Source of the DNA: Dicyema japonicum
Lineage: Eukaryota; Animalia; Dicyemida
NCBI GenBank assembly: GCA_011109175.1
Contig: RDEW01000001.1
Location: forward strand, 654,182 to 687,181
Direction of reading: 5' to 3'
Length of the DNA stretch: 33,000 nt
Positions 12,190-25,349 of the stretch are shown here, in pieces. A program made the translations under genes and the position numbers. A model generated the notes under the pieces. The model saw only the letters and a list, made by a program, of their open reading frames with translations, was not told the origin of the DNA and searched no databases. Each line of letters begins with the position of its first letter. Positions within the stretch are counted from its first letter, which is position 1.

Positions 12190-12520
12190 ATGGTTATGAG
12201 TAAAGAAGTAGTGATAGAATATGGTCCTTACAATTCTTGTGGAATTGTGAAATACAAGCATGAAAGACTGGAAGGATTAACATGTACTCATTCATTATCT
12301 ACTTTCAGCTTTATTAAATAACATGAATGTGAAAAATGTAGAATTTAAGAAAATACCACATTTTGACGTTATTAAAATATACATTTATGGACATATGATT
12401 TATCATGGAAAGATGCAAAGTCTTCTCTTTGGTAGGATATTTGTTTTACTAATAGGAGGGGATGGAATGCTTGATGAACTGTGCCAGGGTATTGCTACTA
12501 CCATTATAGATTCTATGTGA
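12190..12520 (+). CDS. C10orf53: UPF0728 family protein (C10orf53 homolog), 93 aa, 3 exons
   Basis: Introns 12284-12308 (25 nt) and 12432-12455 (24 nt) give MVMSKEVVIEYGPYNSCGIVKYKHERLEGLTSLLNN...SLLFGGDGMLDELCQ...*, matching the recalled UPF0728 motifs YGPY, RLxGL and FGGDGxLDxLC. Confidence 0.88.
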
Positions 12521-13276
12521 CTAACTATTAAATAATATTTATGATTAACTATTAATAATATTTACTTTTGTAGATTCCACCAGAATAGTAGTTCAATCTT
12601 ATTATAAAGACACAAGAACTTGTAAAGATAGAAAAACCCATTAGTCAAATATAAAATTCAACTTTATAAATATTCTTGAATTTATAATTTAATATTAGTT
12701 AGAAGCCACGGCTATAACTTTGGCTATTCCTCCTCAGAATTGGGAGGGAAATCCATTCATATATCCAACGATTTCGTTTAAAGCTTTTCGCACTTCATGC
12801 AAGCGAGTGAATGCAGTCGAAAACAGTCAATATGGTCACTCAGCACACAGATCTTCATTCCAAGGCGAACAAAGACACCAATTCGGATTAATCATCATCG
12901 AAATAAACCACAAAACTATATTTGGGATAACATTAATGCCCCACTTTCTAGAGATTTTTCGGATAACATCATACATGAAGGAGTTGGGTAGAGAATTCCA
13001 AGAGTTTATCAAAAAAAGTCCAGAAAGGTACCCAAATAAAAATGGTAATTTTTAATGCTTTTGAGTCTTTTTAGTATTTCGATTTACAAACCATGTTTTG
13101 CTTTTACAGGGGTTCCTATAAAATATTATTTATTAACTATGGGGGAGAATGGATGCTGACATAAATAAATGGAAAGTTCCCATAAATAAACGGGATGACA
13201 ACATTCTCTATTTCTAATGGTCGAGACATGCTTTGGAACGCTGCGTGTGTTGATATATACTCTCTGAAAAAATTGG

Positions 13277-13351
13277 NNNNNNNNNNNNNNNNNNNNNNNN
13301 NNNNNNNNNNNNNNNNNNNNNNNNNNNNNNNNNNNNNNNNNNNNNNNNNNN
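13277..13351. other. Assembly gap (run of N)
   Basis: N run in the sequence. Confidence 0.99.
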
Positions 13352-13595
13352 TTTGATTTATTAAAGAATCGAAAATCTGTTGTTTCAAATGACGACTAAG
13401 CTCCGCAGGCATGCTGACAATTATTTGAAAATTAATAAATTAAAGATAAAAATTAAATAATAGATTTTTAAATTTTCTATAGAGAAAGTGCCCCAAAAAG
13501 CGGGGTTTTTATTTTGAATTTATTGAACGAAAAATGTGAAAAAAATGTAAAAGATCATTTATAATTATATTTATTTAAAAAATCGCCCCAAATAT

Positions 13596-13643
13596 AGAGG
13601 GTGCCCCAGGGCCGGGGTTTGATTGGGGCGGGGTCCTACTGTA
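13596..13643 (-). mobile_element. Possible solitary Tc1/pogo-type terminal inverted repeat
   Basis: Minus strand reads TA-CAGTAGGACCCCGCCCC..., i.e. a CAGT terminus after a TA dinucleotide, in a GC-rich island. No partner TIR was found. Confidence 0.3.
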
Positions 13644-13909
13644 CTAGTTAAAGTTAAGAAGCATGTTTGGATTCTGTATTTAATTTGTCAATTTAATATT
13701 TTCGAAATTAACCAAAAGCTCGACGAACATTCTTCTTTTCGTCTCGTACTATTTTTAACATTGCTATATTTTTCGTTCGTATGTTATAACTTTAAAAGAT
13801 CCGTTCTGATGACACTTAAAGTATTTACAATACCCTGATTTAGCCCATATCGGCCAAAAAGTTAATTTATTTCATGTTCTGTGATATTTAGAACAGTTTT
13901 TTCTAGGAA

Positions 13910-14248
13910 TAAGGATATTATTTCTGTTTGTATTGGTTATGATGAACAGTTAATAACTAAATTATTTATTATTGTTTCACAAAAATGTAATGAACTAGTT
14001 ATTTTATGTTTATCCAGTTAAGTCATGTCCGACCCTTGGAGATCTCATTAACAAGTTTCCTCCATTCTCTCCGATCCGNTAAGGATAATATTTCTGTTTG
14101 TATTGGTTATGATGAACAGTTAATAACTAAATTATTTATTATTGTTTCACAAAAATGTAATGAACTGATTATTTTATGTTTATCCAGTTAAGTCGTGTCC
14201 GACCCTTGGAGATCTCATTAACAAGTTTCCTCCATTCTCTCCGATCCG
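13910..14248. repeat. ~170-bp tandem duplication joined by a single N
   Basis: 13910-14078, N at 14079, 14080-14248; a few substitutions. Confidence 0.9.
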
Positions 14249-14300
14249 TCGCAATTTGGAGTAGCCTTGATATAGGCATTCCCGTGACGTCTTCCACCAA
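14170..14300 (-). mobile_element. RTE (BovB-like) LINE 3' fragment, partly duplicated at ~14000-14078
   Basis: VEDVTGMPISRLLQIATDRREWRKLVNEISKGRTRLN resembles the recalled RTE/BovB C-terminus (DREAWRAAVHGVAKSRTRLS). Confidence 0.7.
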
Positions 14301-15285
14301 TGAATTAGTGGACTACATAAAATTCCTTGTTTCACGGATGTACTTAATAGAATTGTCCTTTCGAAAATGACTAATATAGTGATCAGAGTATAATGTGATT
14401 AATATTATATATTCTTTATTACAAATTAAGATAATTGAGATTTAATCACTTTGTGCTGAGGAATGTACATGGAGGAGGACAATGATCTTGTGTCTTTATG
14501 ACTTTCCCTCGCCTGTGAGTTGATATCCTTTCATAATAGATCGTCCGATAATGAGTACGCAAAACACAAATTCAAACCCCACGTAGACATATACGAGGAA
14601 ATCAAAACAGATAAAACAATCTCATGTTTCTCAAATAGAAAATGATGTATTGTCAAAGAAAAGTGACAAAAATATGATTTTACGGAAGAAATTGCTTGAA
14701 CTATAAAATAAAAGGTTTCTTTTTAATCGGACTTAAGGGAGGAGATCCGGGAAAATATAAACCTCTAATAAAGAGCAAGAGTCCAAAATACAATCATTTA
14801 CTTATTATCAGTTAGTTGAAGAGGCCCAGCAAATTTAGAGGTCAAAATAATAGTTGAATTCCTTGATGTGATCGATCCATTAGAGGACTATGTGAATTCT
14901 TTTCATAGGTTCGTCATTTTAGTAATTATACTGAGTTTATTCCGTCTATAATGCCAATAATTTCACTCTTGAAAATTTTAGTGATGTTTAAATAGCCGGA
15001 AAACCTGTTTATTCCGACAGTTGTTTTCTGACGGAATCGGTTGGCGGCTGAAGCTGTGTTTGTCTTAACCTCAGAATGGAACTGAAGAAGTAAAAAAAGA
15101 AGTTTTTTATCTCATTAAGGTGTGGATCAAAATGCATTTGATTGTAGTGAAGACCAAAAAATATATCTAGGCTCCTGATGCCTGCTGGACATATCATGAG
15201 TTCTGTTGCTTCAATTGTTTGGAGAGTGAAGGATTCATATTAAACAACATTATCACCAATTAATGAGTGTTCGACCAACCAAAAA

Positions 15286-15440
15286 TTATTATTATTAATA
15301 GCAATGTCCGCGGAACCAGAAAAGGCACTTTTGCCATGCATCTCTGGATACGCGCTGTAAGTTGTTTCCATACTCCCCTGTTTCTCCCAACAACCCTCAG
15401 ATCATCCAGATCTTCTCCTGTTTTCAGTTTTCTTTTTATG
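15286..15440 (-). mobile_element. 5'-truncated RTE-like LINE 3' end with (TAA)n tail
   Basis: KLKTGEDLDDLRVVGRNRGVWKQLTARI followed by TAATAATAA; same family as 1133-1320 and 18436-19416. Confidence 0.75.
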
Positions 15441-15699
15441 TAAGTGTTTTTAGCTTTCTTCCTATGCAAGTGACAAAAAATACAATATCTTAAAAAAGTA
15501 GAGGAATGGTTATTTAAAGCCATATTCTCAGATCTGAAGGGGATCATCTATTTTGATGAATTTATTTGTGATGTTAGAATGATAGTGATTCCTTGAAGAT
15601 AATCAACACAACTAATTGTGATGCTAATGATATTTGTACAACTGACACGTTGGATCAGTTAACATTAATGATAGTGATGATTTCCATTCTATGGTTTCT

Positions 15700-16480
15700 T
15701 CTAAAACTAATTAGTTTCAACGAACAACTCTCTTTGTTGCAACTTTCTATTTGATTCTTTAAAATTATTGTCTAACAGGAAGACTTGAAAATAAAATAAG
15801 ATTTTTTGGTAAAAGATTGTAAAAATATGTTAATGACGATTAAGGGTCTTTAGAATCACGTGTTTCTGCTGCAGAAGCATTGGGATTAGAGACATACTCC
15901 TTCAAAATATTAGTCAAAGATTCATGAAGGGCATAACATTTTTAAAACATTATACAATTTACCAACTCCCAAAGTTTTCGAAATTGAAAGCCTCCGATGA
16001 CATTTGTTATCATGATGCGGATTCCATTATTGACTGGTTCTCTCCAATTATTTGAAAAAATACTCCTTTCGCGAGCACAACCATCCACGTACTACCCAAA
16101 GTGGCAATAATTTGTTATCATGATGCGGATTCCATTATTGACTGGTTCTCTCCAATTATTTGAAAAAATACTCCTTTCGCGAGCACAACCATCCACGTAC
16201 TACCCAAAGTGGCAATAATTTTCACTTATAATGTCTACACAATTTCTATCTATGATTAAACTCAAAGTGATGTCTTCTGTAGCGGCACCGGACTTCATAA
16301 GTTGACATTTTTTCATTTTTATATATAGACACCTTTATTTCTTACCTGATTCTAATAAGGTCGTTAACGTCCCTCTTATTTGCCAAATGACGTTATAGCA
16401 TAAACCGCACCAATTCCTTCTTTATAATCTGATATTTTTGTGCCACTTTAGAGATAGGTGGATCATTTGTCTCACTCTAT
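15700..16480 (-). mobile_element. Decayed hAT-like transposase remnant
   Basis: LSLIIDRNCVDIIS...*YVDGCARER resembles the hAT first catalytic region (FSIxxDETxDIS...RYVD...ERF). Downstream ALHESLTNIL...RKLQQREL. Many stops. Confidence 0.4.
16003..16218. repeat. 108-bp tandem duplication
   Basis: 16003-16110 vs 16111-16218. Confidence 0.9.
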
Positions 16481-17649
16481 TATAACGAGAAAAGATTAAG
16501 AGCAAATGTGAATAAAAGAAACTTTCGACGAAATATCTAGTGAAGATAATTTTATTTATTTTTTTATTTATTAACCCCAGGCTTACAATATTTGATAAGC
16601 CCAGCGCAAAAAGGTTCAACTAATAATACAATGAAGGAACTCAAAGGAGAACATCAGCTTGTGCTCACCAAATCAATCCTCCAATAGTCCATTATAGACT
16701 TCTTCTTCTGAAGAGAGGTGGAAGTACGTCCACCCTCTTCCATTTTTGTTGCACGTCCTACCGTCGCGGGCATAACTTAATTCTATAACGGGAGAGTTTT
16801 CATAATGTAATATCTTTATCAGTGGATTCGAACAGGGAGAAAGGTTGGAAGATCCCATTCAACAACTGTGTCGTGCAGAAAGACTCGTCGCCTCACGGAT
16901 GGAATCTGTTTTACGAGAATTGACCCCGTTGAAAATTCCATCTTTCGAATTCAAACCCACGATAGTCCGTCATCAGATGTCACCAGACGTCAGCCAGAAG
17001 GCCACTGAGTAGAATCGAGCTCGAGACCATTTTTATGTAGTGATAATTCAATTAAAAAATAAATTATTTAATTTTTACCAGATTTGTCTAAAGCAGTTTC
17101 TACGAGAACCATCAGTGATAATAAAATAATAATCAGATCGGAATTAAAAAATGCACTCCGATAGAATTTCTCTGCAGAAATAAAAGAAGAGACTTCAGAA
17201 ACGCTGCTGGTTCATTGGAGCATTCGATGAGAATTTGAGAAATGTTGGAGGCTGTGATCACTTAATCTAGCAAGTTAATTTTTTCTTGGTGGTCTTGGGA
17301 TTTTAAAATAAAAAAAATAAAATAAAATAATACACCGGCCCCCTCCTCCAACATACCAATCCTTTCTTCCAAGAAACATCCGGATAAACCTGGTTCGTCT
17401 AGATGTGGGAGCCACTCCTTCTCAACCGACTTAAGATGTCCTTTATCCTTTTTGCAACCTCTAAGAGTTAAAATTACCTATTTGAATGTCATGAATTAGA
17501 ACAATGTTCGTGTACAATGCCAGGACTGACCAATCTATGGGAGCAAACGGCATTTGCTTTGTCCTTTTAATTCCTGCGGGCCTTTTACAAGTTAGTGAGG
17601 TCGGGGTTATTCATATAACTAATAAAGTTTATTATAAATTTTGTATTGT

Positions 17650-17842
17650 CTCTGTCACACTGTTTACCACTTACAAAAGACAGCTTTCTATAGAACCAAA
17701 AATCTTTATGAAGAACGAGGCTATTCCTATTAACAAAAAACAGAAAAATTTGTTTACCACTTACAAAAGACAGCTTTGTATAGAACCAAAAATCTTTATG
17801 AAGAACGAGGCTATTCCTATTAACAAAAAACAGAAAAATTTT
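17650..17842 (+). mobile_element. Short internal fragment of the LINE family at 26085-28800, tandemly duplicated
   Basis: VTLFTTYKRQLCIEPKIFMKNEAIPINK is nearly identical to part of ORF 26546-26812. Confidence 0.85.
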
Positions 17843-17849
17843 TAAATGT

Positions 17850-19416
17850 GACTACAGCAATCCCCCCATTCAAAGGAAAGCCTAGACCCTTAAAAGAACC
17901 AATTACAATTTGAAAGTAAAAACAGCATGTCAAAAACTAAAAAATAACAGAAACCCCGAACCAGATACGATAAACCCAGAATTACTGAAATACGACCCTG
18001 ACCCCCTTTTTGAAAAAAATCGCTACACTACTAAATGAAATGTTTTCAACTAACTTAACTTTACATCCTGGTAACGGGATTACAAATACAAAAACCAAAT
18101 AAACCCAAAGGACCGGTTGAAAACTTACGACCTATTATATTATCAAATTCTCTACGGAAAGTGTTAGCTAACATTGTATTGGAACGAATAAAAGGACCCG
18201 CCTATGACTACCTACCCGAAAGTCAAAATGGGATCAGAGAAGGAAGATCAACAGCTGATGCAGTCTGGAGTCACAGATAGAGATGTGCAACACATCAAAG
18301 ATATTGCAATGCCACCCACATTCTGGGAATAGATCTATCAAAAGCCTTTGATTCGGTAAACAGGAACAAATTGATGACAGTGCTGGAAGGATTTATTGAC
18401 GAATCCAAATCTTTCTATTTAACACAGAGCTCTTTGTGAGAGTTGGAAAAACCTACTCAAGAAAATTTGAAACAAACACAGGCACTCCTCAAGGAGACTC
18501 CTTCTCTCCGCTACTATTCACAATATACTTGGAGGCCGCTATGAGGGAACTGAGACCATTATACCAAGGAAAAATAGAAGAAGTGATTTATGCTGATGAT
18601 GTCGACCTAATCTCTGAAGACAAAGAACTCCTGGAACATGTACTAGAAAAAACACCAGATATAGTTGGGAAATGGTTTCTCACCGTGAACAGGGAGAAAA
18701 CAGAACGGATAGAAATAAGACGAAAGAATAACTCACTCGAAGAGAAATGGAAACACATAAAGAAACTTGGATCTTTATTCTTAGATAGTAAAGATATCAA
18801 ACGGAGAAAAACCATGGCAAACGCGGCACTACACAGGCTGAAAAATCTTTGGCTAAAACGGAAAGGGTATAACATAAAACAAAGGATTATGTTATACGAC
18901 ACCTTCATCAAACCAATCCTACTATACAACTCTGGGACCTGGGCCACCTCTAAAGAGGAATTGGAGAAGCTAGACTCATTTCACAGGAATCATCTAAGAA
19001 ACATAACTGGAATGTCCTGGCAATCCAAAATCTCGCGGAATGGACTGTACAATAAGTGTGACTGTATGCCATTAAGCCACGAGATCATTAGCTCTTGTTG
19101 GAGACTTTTTGGGCACGTCCTGAGGTTTGATCCGATATCCCCTCCGAATATCGCAATGGAAGATTACTACTCCTCCAATTTAAAACGCTTTCGTGGAAGA
19201 CCGAGAACTACCCTCCCGGTCGTTCTACAAAACGATCTGAAAGTCGTGAAGAAAACATTGGCATCTGGTGACGATCTGGACTCACTGAGGGACCTAGCAA
19301 AGAACAGAAGAGCTTGGAGCAACCTAACTAATTCTCTTATATTTTTTGCTGCACATGCGGCTCGTGAAAGTGCTAATAATAACCATTCGGTTGTCATAAA
19401 GATAACACTACCATAA
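17850..19416 (+). mobile_element. 5'-truncated RTE-like LINE with RT domain
   Basis: NLRPIILSN...QNGIREGRSTADA...GIDLSKAFDSV (18100-18400), then a 326-aa ORF with GTPQGDSFSPLLF, YADD, KKLGS, LFGHVLR and GRPRTT. One internal stop and an upstream frameshift. Confidence 0.92.
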
Positions 19417-19992
19417 ATCTCTTCAAAGTAACACATCTGATTAGATCAAGGAATACCGTTAAGACTTTGAGAATGTTGGGTTCTCGGTGTCTGGCATTCC
19501 TTCCTCAGTCCCCATGTTTTAATTGACTTCTTTAAATAAGAAATTTATAGTCTTCTGAATATCTCGTATTCTTCTCTTTAGAAATTCTCGATCCATACAA
19601 TCCTGATACCGTCTTAGTTCAACCTGAAAATTTCATTTTGAAATCTCCAGTTTATTATGGGTTCGAGAAAGCAGGTTTAGTAAAATAATGTAGATACTCA
19701 TCCATAGCATCCACATGTTTGCTCTAACATAGTCCGCATCACGTGGCAAAAACATAGACGTCGATAAAGAAAAAAGTTGATGCGTCATGAAAGTTCAGTA
19801 ATGACTCCAATTGACATTATTAGTATCTTTTAAAAATATCTATTGGTTTTAGAAACACAGAATTGGGATTTATTGGGACAGGGGCGTACTGCAAAATTTT
19901 ATTATTATTATTAAAATAGACAAACAAATCAATTATAATTATTTTTAAATATTTATAAAAATTATTATAAATTAAATAAAAATTCAACACTG

Positions 19993-20721
19993 ATGCGGTG
20001 TGGTCAATTTAGTAAATAATCTAGTTCTCTCTTATTACATAATTTTATCCCAAAATGTGATTACTTGCGTTACTATAATGACACAAATCACATAGAAAAC
20101 CGTGGAACATATATAAAAATCCTCAACAATTCGGAAAGTGGATACATTTTTGTCGATGCCATTTCCAAATATGGGTTTCGTCTCTCATCCGGTATCCACG
20201 TTTGTGGCCCATGTATTCTATTCCCCAAGGACGTCTTCCACTGGAATGTACTGTCCTTTTTGACTTCCCAAGGTTTCCTCCATCGAGGACATTGCTCAAG
20301 ATAAAATCAGCTTCCTGAGACACCTCCATCCGCCATTAGGTCCACAATTCCCTGATTCCCTAGATTTCCTTATCCTCGGAATAACTGTAAAGGACAATGA
20401 TTATCTAAAACTGTCCACGTGGGTGACAAGTAATGGGATAAAACACGAAATAATGTCACCTGTTAGCAGTTGTTTTATTGTAGGAAAATGCAGTGAGTGC
20501 CTTCAACTTTATGAATTCAGAGAGGAGATCTGTTGCCTGTGCTGTTATTCCTCCTGAAACTGAGGATTTGGTGGCTGAGGATGTACGTGTTATTTCTCAA
20601 CTTTATGAATTCAGAGAGGAGATCTGTTGCCTGTGCTGTTATTCCTCCTGAAACTGAGGATTTGGTGGCTGAGGATGTACGTGTTATTTCCAATATTAAA
20701 AAGAATAGGAACTTAATTTAA
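19993..20721 (+). CDS. NDUFAF3: NADH dehydrogenase complex I assembly factor 3 (Mth938 domain), 5 exons, ~178 aa
   Basis: Introns 19998-20024, 20248-20272, 20340-20363 and 20462-20483 (27, 25, 24, 22 nt) give ...FVDAISKYGFRLSSGIHVCGPCILFPKDVFHWN/VSSIEDI...LHPPL/DFLILG...GIKHEIMSP/ENAVSAFNFMNSERRSVACAVIPP, the canonical NDUFAF3 motifs. The last exon contains a 94-bp tandem duplication. Confidence 0.92.
20503..20690. repeat. 94-bp tandem duplication inside the NDUFAF3 last exon
   Basis: 20503-20596 vs 20597-20690. Confidence 0.9.
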
Positions 20722-20779
20722 TTTTTAAATTTATTTAATGTTTGTTTTTAGTTATGTTGTGTAATAATCAAATAATAGA

Positions 20780-21550
20780 GCCGCGTGGCGCTATGTGGTA
20801 CTATGGAGAAACTCGTACTCTGGAAAATTAAACCCCATTTGCCCGACTGCCACTTTTTAGCCAATTTTCTCTCCGGAAGTAGAGGACGTGTCTGTATAGA
20901 CCACGCAAGATCGAGGTCCCGTCTCCTAAATAAATGGCGTCCCTCGAGGATCGCCCCTCTTTCCAGCGTTGTTCAACTTATTCCTCAACGATTTACCCTG
21001 CCCTGGAGGACCAGATTCGATGCTTCTCACTTATGCTGACGACCTAATCACCGCTAGCAGAAACAAATACGTGGGTACAGCAAAATCAGAGCTTCAGTCA
21101 CATATAGACGACCTGGGAGTCTGGTTGAAGTTGAATCGTCTTTCCATATCCAGGGACAAATCAACGTATACAATCTTCACCACGGACAGAAAAGAAAAAC
21201 ATACAATGGATTTGAACATTTATGAAGACTCCTTACCACTATAGATTCGTCCAACTATCCTGGGAGTGACATTTGACCTTTTGATGACATTTTCTCAACA
21301 TGTGAAGAACGTTATGACAAAAGGTCTCAGGAAACTTAATATAACCAAACCGCTCTTAAAGTCCAGGCCGTCACAGGAATGCGCCCTCGTCGTGTTCAAT
21401 CAACTCCTAAAACCGACGATTGAGTATGCTTGTGCCTCATGGGCCTATGGAGCTTCGATATCAAATTCACTCAAGATCAATACCCTAATTGGCAAACTAG
21501 CACGTCTAACGAATCTACCCCCGATCTTTTCTACCACTGGTAAATGTAGA
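20780..21550 (+). mobile_element. Decayed Ingi/Vingi-like LINE RT fragment
   Basis: FLANFLSGSRG...LFNLFLNDLP...LTYADDL...TILGVTFD...LLKPTIEYACASW; collinear with the 26325-27400 element. Confidence 0.85.
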
Positions 21551-21991
21551 TAATCAAATCCTTCTTTGACATTTGGTCGCATTGAAGGATGAGATTCTAG
21601 TAGATTATAGGATTGTTATGACAATCTTAGTTTATGGATTTACAAAAATCACTTACAGGCAAGTGTAGAAAAGACAACCTTGACTTTGTTCACAACTAAC
21701 TTGGAAACTTTGCTATAGATATCATTCTCGATAGAAATAAAATATACCTTGGTATGCATTTATCTTTTCTCCCGTATGTCGAAAATGTGATAGTAGCTTG
21801 CGCAAAGAAGCTTAATTTTTTGAAGGCTCGTTTATGGATTTTCAGAGATCTCAATATTAAATGTTCTTTACAGACGATACATTGAACCTAAAATGAATTA
21901 TGTTTGTGTTGCTTCGGGAACATATCTAGCTGTTACAAACTTAAAAAATAATAATGTTCAAGCAAAAGAAGTAAAACTGTTGAATTTTATA

Positions 21992-22512
21992 TCAAAGAAT
22001 ATAAACACCCAAATGTTGAAGAAATTTACAAGGCGTCTTGAAGAGACTAAAGAACTTTGTCCAATAAGAAAATGTGCTGGAACGCAGTCTGGACACAAGG
22101 GAAAAGTGTGAGGCATGGATCACTTAGAATAATTTTTTCTATGGTGAGTAATTACTGGTTTAAAATAATCTTATCGTTTAGCTAGCCTATTATGGATAAT
22201 AGTTCAAAATGTCCTTTTCCGCCGGCTTAGTTAAGTGAATTATTCTTTCTANTCAAAGAATATAAACACCCAAATGTTGAAGAAATTTACAAGGCGTCTT
22301 GAAGAGATTAAAGAACTTTGTCCAATAAGAAAATGTGCTGGAACGCAGTCTGGACACAAGGGAAAAGTGTGAGGCATGGATCACTTAGAATAATTTTTTC
22401 TATGGTGAGTAATTACTGGTTTAAAATAATCTTATCGTTTAGCTAGCCTATTATGGATAATAGTTCAAAATGTCCTTTTCCGCCGGCTTAGTTAGGTGAA
22501 TTATTCTTTCTA
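21992..22512. repeat. ~260-bp tandem duplication joined by a single N
   Basis: 21992-22251, N at 22252, 22253-22512. Confidence 0.9.
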
Positions 22513-23037
22513 TTAAACCCAATGATTCTGGAGAATCATAATAATTCTTGCAGATAATCGTCTCTCTTGATACTTTTCAAATCAACTGATGAACTACTAG
22601 CTTCTAAGTGTGACCCCTTAAATTCATAAGGAAAAAAAAGACTACCAACTTATAGCAATGAATTGTGAGCATCGAGTGACGAGCACGGAATTCATACTGG
22701 TATAAATCCATTGTGATCAATGCTTACAAAAACTATATATTAGATGCTAAGGTTTGTTAAATCGCATTATAATTTGTAATCGTATTGTATAATTACTTAA
22801 CTAAATTTAAGTAATTTTATTTGTGAGAAAAGTTTGGTATCTTCTGTTTAAAATCATCTTAATTTTCTTTGTAGGACAGGTGACTCATTGTATATATTTT
22901 AAATATTTGCTGTTAACTATTATTTTTGATTTTTTTATTTTTAATTAATAAAAATAAATAATTTAATTAAATTAAAAAATTAATAAAAATCAAATTTGAT
23001 ATAAATATTAATAAATATAGAGATTAAGTTATTATTA

Positions 23038-23815
23038 ATGCAACTAATAAGTTGTAAACATATTATAGTGATTCTGATTTATGTAATATTCTCTACAAAA
23101 ATGAAAGAAACTGTCATTGGATATAAACAAACAGATTGTCCTATTCCTACGTGGATAGTCCCAATAAAGTCAAATCATCAGACCTTTTCAGTCTTATTTC
23201 AAGGTATAGTAAATCTATTGTTTTATGATGATGCTAAAAAAGTATTAATTTTATAAATGAAGATAAAATACGCTAATTTGAATGATTCTACAATCATTTA
23301 TACAAAAAATACTTACACACAAGAATATGTTATAACTCTGAAATATTGGGAGCTAGGATTTTCGTTCTCTTTTGTTGAAACTTATGGTAAAACTTTCGAA
23401 ATCCAATATTTCGAAATAATTTTTTATGGTAATAAAGCAGTTTAAATAAACCAAGATCATGGTCACTTGAATGAGACCAAGTATTCCAATCAAGTTTGGG
23501 ATGGTAAATTCTTGGACTGTTTCAGCTTGAGGATAATATTTGAACAAGTTTACATAGTGACCATTTCTCATTTGAAATTTCAAATTTTTTATGGAAAAAA
23601 TGGCACAACTTTTATCGGACAAGGTTAAATTTATTATAATTATTAGGATTGACGTGTGACCGTAGATTGACAATCACTTCATACACTACACTTATTGGTA
23701 AAATTATATTTATTTTATAGAAAATGATTTTGGTACTTTAGAACAGTGCAGTTCCATAAACCCTACAATGTTGGGCAAATTAATGATTCTCCTGTTGGGA
23801 ATATTAGTTATTTAA
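23038..23815 (+). CDS. Secreted LAMP-domain-like glycoprotein with GPI-like tail, paralog A (227 aa, 5 exons)
   Basis: Introns 23242-23262, 23429-23455, 23624-23646 and 23698-23720 give an open 684-nt CDS. It has an N-terminal hydrophobic stretch, NDS/NET/NGT sequons, LDC...ISHLKFQIF...TTFIG..TCD (LAMP-like C-terminal strand pattern) and a terminal LMILLLGILVI*. Intron positions are shared with paralog B. The gene model is solid; the family call is tentative. Confidence 0.75.
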
Positions 23816-24269
23816 TTATAATTTGGACTTTATTTTTGGACTTTTGTCTTTGGACGTAATCACTATTTAACATTCTACCACAGAGTGGCCAGGTGGGCTT
23901 GTTTTTCTTGCAATGGTTACATAATGTCCCCGACGTAGAAAATAACAAATTCCTGTCTTGTAAATAAGTTATTCCTTAGTCACATAAATGAACTGTTTGG
24001 TTCACAGGAAATGCAATTAAGTGTTCTGTAATTAGTGTAGCATCTTAATTAATCTGGGAGGTCGATTCTTAAATGAACATCAATAGATTTATATTCGAAA
24101 TTTTTTATTTCTAATTACGAAAACAATTTAATCACTATTGTTTCTATCGGTTGATTAGCCGTCACATAATAAATATTCCAAATCTGGGATTAACATAAAT
24201 TCACTATGTGAATAGGGTCTTCACAAAGTTGTCTTGTTCAGTGATTTATGCCATTTTATAATATTTAAT

Positions 24270-24960
24270 GGTACCCGTCTATGTTCGTTGTCTCTTACGA
24301 TTGCAACGGAGATCAATTAAAGAAACTAGTTGTCTCACGTGCGTCGTGATTTGAGTGTAGTCAGATGTCATAGCTTCTTGAGGAATCGAAACGATTTCCC
24401 TCTTATTCTTTCAGTCGTCTCAACTATCAATGTGAACCGGTCTAACAGCACTTTGTATTTTTTCCTTCCTTAATAGCTTTTTCTGCAGTATGCAACGTGT
24501 TTATCACGCTCCCGACAGTGTTAAATGGTAGATACACATGGCATCCCATACCAATCGCTTCCCCTCCTCGAACGGAAGGATTGTAATTCCGTCCGGCTGT
24601 TTTCCATCTCCTCTGTCAAAGACGACCAGTTCTAGTATGTTGGGCTTCACAATTCCGTTTATCGCCTTATATCTTGGGAATCGTTCTGCGCTTTTTCGGC
24701 AAGAAAGGTCATAATGTCCATAACAGTCCACGATACCACCGCACCGGCACAGCAGTCAGCCAGTAGCGTCAGTGTTTGATTGATGCAGAAGTTTCTCATA
24801 TTCATTTTCGTAGATGGACCTGTAAAGATTTCTCTGTTTAGGCTTCCAGATGATCCACTTCTCTGATCTGTTGAAAGTTGAAGAATCATCACTATAAGCA
24901 GCTCTCTGGAACTAAATGAGGACAGATATGCAGGGTCTGCTAAATCGAGGTTTCTTGGTC
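24270..24960 (-). mobile_element. CRE-like RLE non-LTR retrotransposon 3' region, decayed
   Basis: CCAGAV...DCYGHYDLSCRKSAERFPRYKAIN (CCHC-like), RGDGKQPDGITILPFEEGKRLVWD (PD..D endonuclease), KYKVLLDRFTLIVETT and ISVAIVRDN. Confidence 0.8.
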
Positions 24961-25349
24961 GTTAAATTTAACATTTGTAAGACGTTCGGTAGTGGTCCGG
25001 AAGAGGAGATCGATAGTTTTGAGTTGTTTTATTTTTTATAAAATCACACGAATTTTTTAATTTAAAATTATAAAACTTATCCTCTTAAACAGTTTGTATG
25101 CCACAATCATGTTTACAGCTATAATCTTAAATACTTTATCATCTAGGACTTGGGGAAAACGGTAGTTGTCACAAGCATAAACTTTGTATTCTTTATAGAT
25201 TGATATCTGGTTCAGCTTTCAAATATGTCACAGGCGCTACTCGTTACACTAATGGACTTAGAAAAATCGCTCCGATGTCGAACGGAAGATCCCGCCAATA
25301 TGTGGGATTTAGTCGAATTTTCGCTGGTTGTATTGTCATTGAATCAATT

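Noticed and set aside
14430-14940. Intact coiled-coil gene with tiny introns
   Set aside because: Intron-like 25 and 23 nt segments exist, but every parse has stops (including TGA) or needs a frameshift. At best it is a pseudogene.
16620-17240. Coding region (moderate GC, partly open frames on both strands)
   Set aside because: No recognisable motif and the strand is ambiguous.
18588-19436. Antisense ORFs 18588-18947 and 19167-19436 (similarly 27328-27702, 10445-10991, 8059-8265)
   Set aside because: These are shadow ORFs opposite LINE or host coding strands, with no motifs of their own.
19430-19860. Possible exon EILDPYNPDTVLVQPENFILKSPVYYGFEKA
   Set aside because: It cannot be extended into a gene model and no homology was recognised.
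20597-20721. Alternative or extended NDUFAF3 C-terminus
   Set aside because: It is explained by the 94-bp duplication, probably an artefact; collapsing it restores a normal-length protein.
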